Source: Pyrinomonadaceae bacterium (GTDB taxonomy: Bacteria > Acidobacteriota > Blastocatellia > Pyrinomonadales > Pyrinomonadaceae). From it: a stretch of DNA of 64,000 nt. A model generated the notes under the pieces. That model did no database searches, was not told the origin of the DNA, and worked only from the letters and a program-made list of their open reading frames with translations. Shown here piece by piece: positions 59,122 to 64,000 of the stretch; position 1 is the first letter of the stretch, and each line of letters opens with the position of its first letter. The translations under genes and the position numbers were made by a program. The DNA lies in assembly GCA_046154245.1 (NCBI GenBank), contig JBJXFZ010000072.1, positions 3,097 to 67,096 of the forward strand, in the 5' to 3' direction.

Positions 59122-60036
59122 TCACTTACCGTCCGGGTCATCTCCGGTTTCGAAAAAGAACCCACTACCCTTTGATTTCTCCGGCGTCACGGTGATGGTT
59201 TGACGGTTGCCGTTGCGGATAATCGTGAGCGTCACGTCGCCTTCCTTTTTCTCACTGATCGAACGAATAAGGTCCATCTCGCGCTTTACGGTTTTGCCTT
59301 CGCACTCGGTGATGATATCGCCCGCTTTTAGACCGGCCTTCGCGGCTGGCGAATTTTCCCGCACGTCGTTTATCATCACGCCGCTCTCTACGCCGTAATG
59401 CGAGGCGAGCTTTTTGGTCAGCGGCGTAACACCGACGCCGATAACGCGGCCGTCACCAGATCTCCAAATAAGGGTTTCGCCCTCGCCGCCCGGAACGGTG
59501 AATACACGCGGCAATTCGCCGCGCGGAAATTCTTTGAATTCAGGCATCGACGGCATAGGCGGCATAGGCGGCATCGGCGTGCGAAGCAGAAAGTTGCCGT
59601 CAGCAAATTTCGGCTCCGGCCGTTTTCCTAACGTTGCCGTGACGTCTTGCTCGCGGCCGTTGCGCGAGATCGTGATCGTTGCATGATGATCAGGTGCGAC
59701 CTCACTGATGAGCCGCGTCAGCTTTCGGGTACTCGTGATTTCCTCGCCGTTGAAACGCACGATCACGTCCCCGGCCTTCAAACCCGCCGCGGCCGCGGGC
59801 GAATTTTCCACAACCTTTTCCACAGCAACTCCGCGAACGCTGGAGAGTCCGAACTTCGAAAAATTCTCTCGTGTGACTTCCTGCGTCTGCACGCCGAGAT
59901 AGCCGCCATCGCCGTCAAACGAAAAAGCAAACGAGCGTGTACGCTCCTTTTCTTTGGGCGCCTCAGGCGTCTGTCCGATCGCAATTACGAGCGATGATGT
60001 GACGATGAGAATCGAACTGAGTAAATTTCTGAACAT
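59122..60036 (-). CDS. secreted tandem-PDZ domain protein
   Basis: Start trimmed to ATG 60036 (GGAGG SD). Signal peptide present. Two PDZ-like units (SPAAAAGLKAGDVIVRFNGEEI and SPAAKAGLKAGDIITECEGKTV) are joined by a PMPPMPPMPSMP linker. Confidence 0.75.
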   Translation of the reverse strand: MFRNLLSSILIVTSSLVIAIGQTPEAPKEKERTRSFAFSFDGDGGYLGVQTQEVTRENFSKFGLSSVRGVAVEKVVENSPAAAAGLKAGDVIVRFNGEEITSTRKLTRLISEVAPDHHATITISRNGREQDVTATLGKRPEPKFADGNFLLRTPMPPMPPMPSMPEFKEFPRGELPRVFTVPGGEGETLIWRSGDGRVIGVGVTPLTKKLASHYGVESGVMINDVRENSPAAKAGLKAGDIITECEGKTVKREMDLIRSISEKKEGDVTLTIIRNGNRQTITVTPEKSKGSGFFFETGDDPDGK

Positions 60037-60177
60037 AAAAAAAACCTCCACAAAACAAATCAATATTAAATATTTGTTGCGCGCTGCGGGCCAAAAGGTT
60101 TGCCGGGCACAAACCGCCCACGGCGTACAAAGCCTGTATTTCGGAAACCCCGCGAGCATTGGTTTTATGACAAGAAA

Positions 60178-61386
60178 CTATCCGGCCCCGAGCTTTTCGA
60201 GCCGTTCGGCAGCAGCCTCGAGAGTTTCGTCCATTTTGCAGAAGCAGAATCTGACCATTTGCGAGCCGAGTCGCGTGTCGTGATAGAACGACGAGCCGGG
60301 AATTACGGCGACGCCGATCTCGCGGATCATGTGCTTTGTAAATTCGATATCGTTAGAAAAGCCGAAGTTCGAGATGTCAGCCATGACGTAATACGCGCCT
60401 TCGGGGTAATCGCATTTGAAACCAGCGTTTCGCAGAACGGGCACAATAAAGTCACGTTTGCGCGTGTATTCGCGCTGCACCTCGTCGTAATAACTCGGCG
60501 GCAAACTTAATGCGTACGCACCGGCATGCTGCAGACAGTTCGCGGCGCCGACCGTGAGAAAGTCGTGAACCTTGCGGATCGCACCCGTGATGTCCGGCGG
60601 CGCGATGCAGTATCCGACACGCCAACCCGTCACCGAATAAGTTTTCGACATCGAATTGACGACAACAGTTCGCTCACGCATGCCGTCGAGTTGAGCCATC
60701 GAGATGTGTTCGGTATTGCGGACGAGGGCGTCCGCGTTCCGATATATAATGTGTTCGTAGATCTCGTCGGTAAAACACAAGGCGTCGAACTCTTTACAGA
60801 GCGATGCGATGAATTCCATCTCGTCACGCGTAAAGACTTTGCCGGTCGGGTTATTGGGGTTACAGATAATGATCGCTTTTGTGCGCTCGTTAAATGCGGC
60901 GCGTAGTTCATCACGGTCAAAATAAAAACCATCTGCGCCCGGACGCAAAGGAACAAACCGCGGGGTCGCGCCAGAGATGATCGCGTCGGGCATGTAGTTT
61001 TCGTAGTACGGGTCAAAGATAATGGCCTCTTCGCCCGGATCGATGGTCGCCATCGCCGCCGCGATCATTCCTTCGGTCGAGCCGCAAGTGACGGTTATCT
61101 CGGTTTCCGGGTCGATGTCGAGGCCGAGGAACCATTTTGTCTTTGCGGCGATCGCGTCACGAAACGATTTCACGCCCCACGTGATCGCGTATTGATTGTG
61201 ATCGTCGTCGATCGCCTCTTTTGCTTTTTGTTTAATGTCGGCCGGAGCGGGCCAATCGGGAAAGCCCTGACCGAGATTTACAGCGCCGTGTTTAACCGCT
61301 TCGCGCGACATTTCGCGAATCACCGACTCGGTAAACGATGCGGCCTTGCTTGAAATTCGACCCTTTGAACTCTTTGGCCGTGACAT
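60178..61386 (-). CDS. PLP-dependent aminotransferase, class I/II
   Basis: 402 aa with the PLP-lysine block NSMSKTYSVTGWRVGY. Confidence 0.85.
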   Translation of the reverse strand: MSRPKSSKGRISSKAASFTESVIREMSREAVKHGAVNLGQGFPDWPAPADIKQKAKEAIDDDHNQYAITWGVKSFRDAIAAKTKWFLGLDIDPETEITVTCGSTEGMIAAAMATIDPGEEAIIFDPYYENYMPDAIISGATPRFVPLRPGADGFYFDRDELRAAFNERTKAIIICNPNNPTGKVFTRDEMEFIASLCKEFDALCFTDEIYEHIIYRNADALVRNTEHISMAQLDGMRERTVVVNSMSKTYSVTGWRVGYCIAPPDITGAIRKVHDFLTVGAANCLQHAGAYALSLPPSYYDEVQREYTRKRDFIVPVLRNAGFKCDYPEGAYYVMADISNFGFSNDIEFTKHMIREIGVAVIPGSSFYHDTRLGSQMVRFCFCKMDETLEAAAERLEKLGAG

Positions 61387-61390
61387 AAAA

Positions 61391-63355
61391 CTACTTTTCC
61401 GCGAGACTCAGACTCGACGTTTGCGGTACGAACTTGTTGTCGATCACCGCCTGATCGTCGGCAATCACCTCCTCGACATTTGCGAGGTTGGCCTCGGGCA
61501 GAAATTGGTTAAAAGCATGGCGAAGAGCGGCTTCGTCGTTTGCGGTAACTGCGCTCTGAAATTCGGCCAACATCCTAGCGACATCGGCGTTCGCATAGGT
61601 TGCGATCTTGCCAACAAAGATCTTTGGATGACGCGTTTTTAGCAGATTCTCGCCCGTTATCTCAAGCTCCTCAAACAGCTTTTCACCGTCTCTTATACCG
61701 GTAAAGACTATATCGACATCTTCGTAGGGCGTAAGGCCGGACAGACGGATCATGTCTTCGGCGAGATCGAGGATCTTGACCGGCTCGCCCATGTCGAGTA
61801 CAAAAATCTCACCTCCGGCGCCTAACGCACCGGCCTGCAGGACAAGCTGCGACGCCTCGGGAATCGTCATGAAGTACCGCGTCATGTCCTTATGCGTTAC
61901 GGTCAACGCCTCACCTTTGCGAATCTGCTCGCTAAAGATCGGTACCACCGAACCGGCCGAACCCAGCACATTGCCAAAGCGAACGGCGATATAGTTTGTT
62001 GCGTATGTTTGGTTTAGATCCTGCACGACGATCTCGGCGACGCGTTTTGATGCACCCATGATCGACGTTGGATTTACGGCCTTGTCGGTCGAGATCAGAA
62101 CGAAATCGCTTGCGCGAAACTCGCCCGCCAGTTTACCCACGAGCTGTGTGGCAAAGACGTTGTTCTTGATCGCCTCGCTTGAGTTGATCTCCATCAGCGG
62201 GACGTGTTTGTGGGCAGCAGCATGGAAGATCACATCGGGCCGGTGTTTTTCAAAGATCTCGCGCATGCGCGCCTCGTCCGCGACGTCGGCGATTATGGGA
62301 ACGCACTCGACATCGGCATCGCCAAGCTCGCGAGCTATTTGGAAGAGAAAAAACTCTGCGCGCTCGACGAGCAAGATCCTCTTTGGTTCGTAATCAATGA
62401 TCTGTCTCACTAACTCAGAACCGATCGAGCCGCCGGCGCCCGTGACCAAGACGGTTTTGTTGCCGAGGAACTCGTGCAGATTTTTGTCTTCTAATTCAAC
62501 CGGTTCGCGCCCCAAGAGGTCTTCGATTCTCACGTCGCGAATGCGGCTGACGGAAATCCGGCCGTGCGCGATCTCGTTGAGACTCGGCACGATCTGCGTT
62601 CTTACGGACATCGAGCTACAGAGATCGACTACCCGACGAATTTCTTTCCCTTGCGCATGATCGATAGCGATGACGACCTGTTTGATCTCGAGTTGATTGA
62701 CGAGTCGGGGCAGATCGTCGGTGGTCCCGAGGACCTTTATGCGGTTAACACGTCCGCCGACCTTGTGGATGTCATCATCGACAAAGCCGCGTATCTCGAG
62801 TTCGCCATCGAAGCGCCCGAACATCTCCTTTGCCAAAGTTGCTCCCATTCTACCGGCACCGACAATGAGAACCTGTCGACGCTTGATACGACGGCTGCCC
62901 GAGACGTAGCGATTTTTATCTTGTAGCTCGTAAAACACACGCCTCAGAATACGCAAACCCAAAAGACCGCCGAATGCGAGAACCGTATCTATCAAAATTA
63001 CGGATATCGGTATCTGCCAGAGAGTGAAGTCGCTGAATGTCAGCAAAAAGCGAAACGCGAGCAGAATAACCGCTGAGATCGTCGCTGCTTTCAGAAAAAC
63101 TTCGATGTCCTTGATGCTCACGTACCGCCAGATCAACGTGTAGGCCCCGACTAGAAAAAGTGCGGAAAACTGCACAAAAACGACAAATGGCAACTGTCGC
63201 AGGGCGGTTTCAGAGTAGAATTCAGCGACCTGAATGTTTAGGGCCGGCAAATACGCGATGAAAAAAGCCGCGCACAGCACGGCAACGTCTGCCAAAAACT
63301 GTAACGGCCTTCGCAGTACCCACAGACTTTCCCTTACTTTATCGTTTTTACCCAT
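61391..63355 (-). CDS. polysaccharide biosynthesis protein, CapD/PglF/WbpM-like NDP-sugar 4,6-dehydratase
   Basis: 654 aa. N-terminal TM region plus two Rossmann-like domains (VLIVGAGRMG, VLVTGAGGSIGSEL). Confidence 0.85.
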   Translation of the reverse strand: MGKNDKVRESLWVLRRPLQFLADVAVLCAAFFIAYLPALNIQVAEFYSETALRQLPFVVFVQFSALFLVGAYTLIWRYVSIKDIEVFLKAATISAVILLAFRFLLTFSDFTLWQIPISVILIDTVLAFGGLLGLRILRRVFYELQDKNRYVSGSRRIKRRQVLIVGAGRMGATLAKEMFGRFDGELEIRGFVDDDIHKVGGRVNRIKVLGTTDDLPRLVNQLEIKQVVIAIDHAQGKEIRRVVDLCSSMSVRTQIVPSLNEIAHGRISVSRIRDVRIEDLLGREPVELEDKNLHEFLGNKTVLVTGAGGSIGSELVRQIIDYEPKRILLVERAEFFLFQIARELGDADVECVPIIADVADEARMREIFEKHRPDVIFHAAAHKHVPLMEINSSEAIKNNVFATQLVGKLAGEFRASDFVLISTDKAVNPTSIMGASKRVAEIVVQDLNQTYATNYIAVRFGNVLGSAGSVVPIFSEQIRKGEALTVTHKDMTRYFMTIPEASQLVLQAGALGAGGEIFVLDMGEPVKILDLAEDMIRLSGLTPYEDVDIVFTGIRDGEKLFEELEITGENLLKTRHPKIFVGKIATYANADVARMLAEFQSAVTANDEAALRHAFNQFLPEANLANVEEVIADDQAVIDNKFVPQTSSLSLAEK

Positions 63356-63574
63356 TATCGGTGCAACAAATCACCAAGAGCTTGTATATATTGAAGTTAC
63401 ATTGCACACGGTTTGTCTGTCAATGTAATTCACTTATTAGAAAGGCAGTCATATTGCGTCCAAATTGCATCAAACCGAAGCGATCCGCCACGAAAAATGA
63501 TTGTATCGACAGGGGTATTTGCGTTAAACTCTTACCCTGTTAACACGTGAGGTTAGGTATTAAAAGTGATAAAG

Positions 63575-64000
63575 ATGAAGTTCTTATTATCGATTATTGT
63601 TACGTTTCTGCTTTTTGGATCGGTTCAGGCTCAGGATGCTCCCGTCGACATGCAAAAGGCCAAGGGTTACCAGCTTTATCCGGGCGATGAAGTAACGGCA
63701 AAGGTTCTCGGTGAAGATCAATTCGATTTTGTCGCGACCGTAAATGAAGACGGCAAGATCGAGGTTCCGTTTTTTGACAAGCCGATCGACGCAAAATGCC
63801 GAACCGAGCGCGAGCTTCGCGCAGACATAACACAGTTACTTTCAAAATATCTGCGTTCCCCGCAGTTGAGTTTGCGTATCACCGATCGCAAAAGTCGCCC
63901 GCCCGCAACCATCTACGGCGAAGTTCGCAAACCAGATCAGATCTTACTTATGCGCAAAGCCACGCTCGTCGAGCTGCTCGCTTTTTCGGGCGGCGTTACT
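63575..64000 (+). CDS. polysaccharide export (Wza/SLBB-like) protein, 5' part; runs off the right edge
   Basis: The frame is open from ATG 63575 to the window end. Signal peptide MKFLLSIIVTFLLFGSVQAQ. YQLYPGDEVTAKVLGEDQFDF...DGKIEVPF is typical of the Poly_export domain. Confidence 0.7.
   Translation, partial: MKFLLSIIVTFLLFGSVQAQDAPVDMQKAKGYQLYPGDEVTAKVLGEDQFDFVATVNEDGKIEVPFFDKPIDAKCRTERELRADITQLLSKYLRSPQLSLRITDRKSRPPATIYGEVRKPDQILLMRKATLVELLAFSGGVT

Noticed and set aside
59552-59578. A 9-bp tandem repeat, GGCATAGGC x3, inside the PDZ gene.
   Set aside because: It is in frame and encodes the PMPPMPPMP linker between the PDZ domains. It is an ordinary coding micro-repeat, only possibly slippage-prone.
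63397-63428. An inverted repeat TTACATTG-N16-CAATGTAA in the divergent capD-like / wza-like promoter region.
   Set aside because: It is short (8 bp), AT-rich and a single occurrence, so it is plausible by chance. It is noted only as a possible operator.
1-64000. A prophage, an IS element or an integrative element with its own recombinase might explain the three insertion scars.
   Set aside because: I recognised no integrase, transposase, phage structural gene or conjugation gene in any frame of the window. The scars are reported as observations without a named mobile-element class.

Overview
This 64-kb chromosomal window covers the replication-origin neighbourhood of a Gram-negative bacterium. 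Gene content (GWxTD, UPF0182, delta-60 and FG-GAP repeat proteins, four-helix-bundle and GxxExxY genes) suggests an Acidobacteriota-like organism, but that is inference only.

Core genes: topA, dprA, tRNA-Sec, dnaA-dnaN with DnaA-box clusters on both sides of dnaA, purM/purN, rpmH-rnpA-yidD-yidC-jag-mnmE, mnmG-parA-parB-selD-tatA-tatC, plus metabolic, envelope and exopolysaccharide genes.

Features the ORF track misses or truncates:
- a 1500-codon RHS/YD toxin gene that runs off the left edge
- rpmH
- a 49-codon membrane ORF
- tRNA-Sec
- the UGA-containing 5' end of selD

Main observations:
1. A family of palindromic elements has arms made of CAGGAT hexamers at 9-bp spacing. There are four copies. 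One carries a GxxExxY nuclease-fold gene and three lack it, and all sit between co-oriented genes. A second element with 7-bp-periodic GGATT arms carries a four-helix-bundle gene between tRNA-Sec and dprA. Both resemble rRNA intervening sequences that have colonised mRNA operons.
2. Three accessory segments are each bracketed by a duplicated end of a neighbouring core gene: the dnaN 3' end (53 bp, identical), the mnmG 5' end, and a MATE 3' end. No integrase or transposase is visible in the window.
3. A tightly packed membrane-associated cluster looks polyamine-related: SAM decarboxylase, DUF4178, a mini-TM protein, DUF350, a membrane spermidine-synthase-like protein and a Tat-exported FAD oxidoreductase.
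4. Selenocysteine recoding of selD, a Thermus-like rnpA/rpmH nested overlap, and variant parS palindromes upstream of parA.

No rRNA, CRISPR array, transposase or integrase was recognised. All coordinates for non-ORF features were counted by hand and may be off by 1-2 nt. No identity percentages or database hits were computed.
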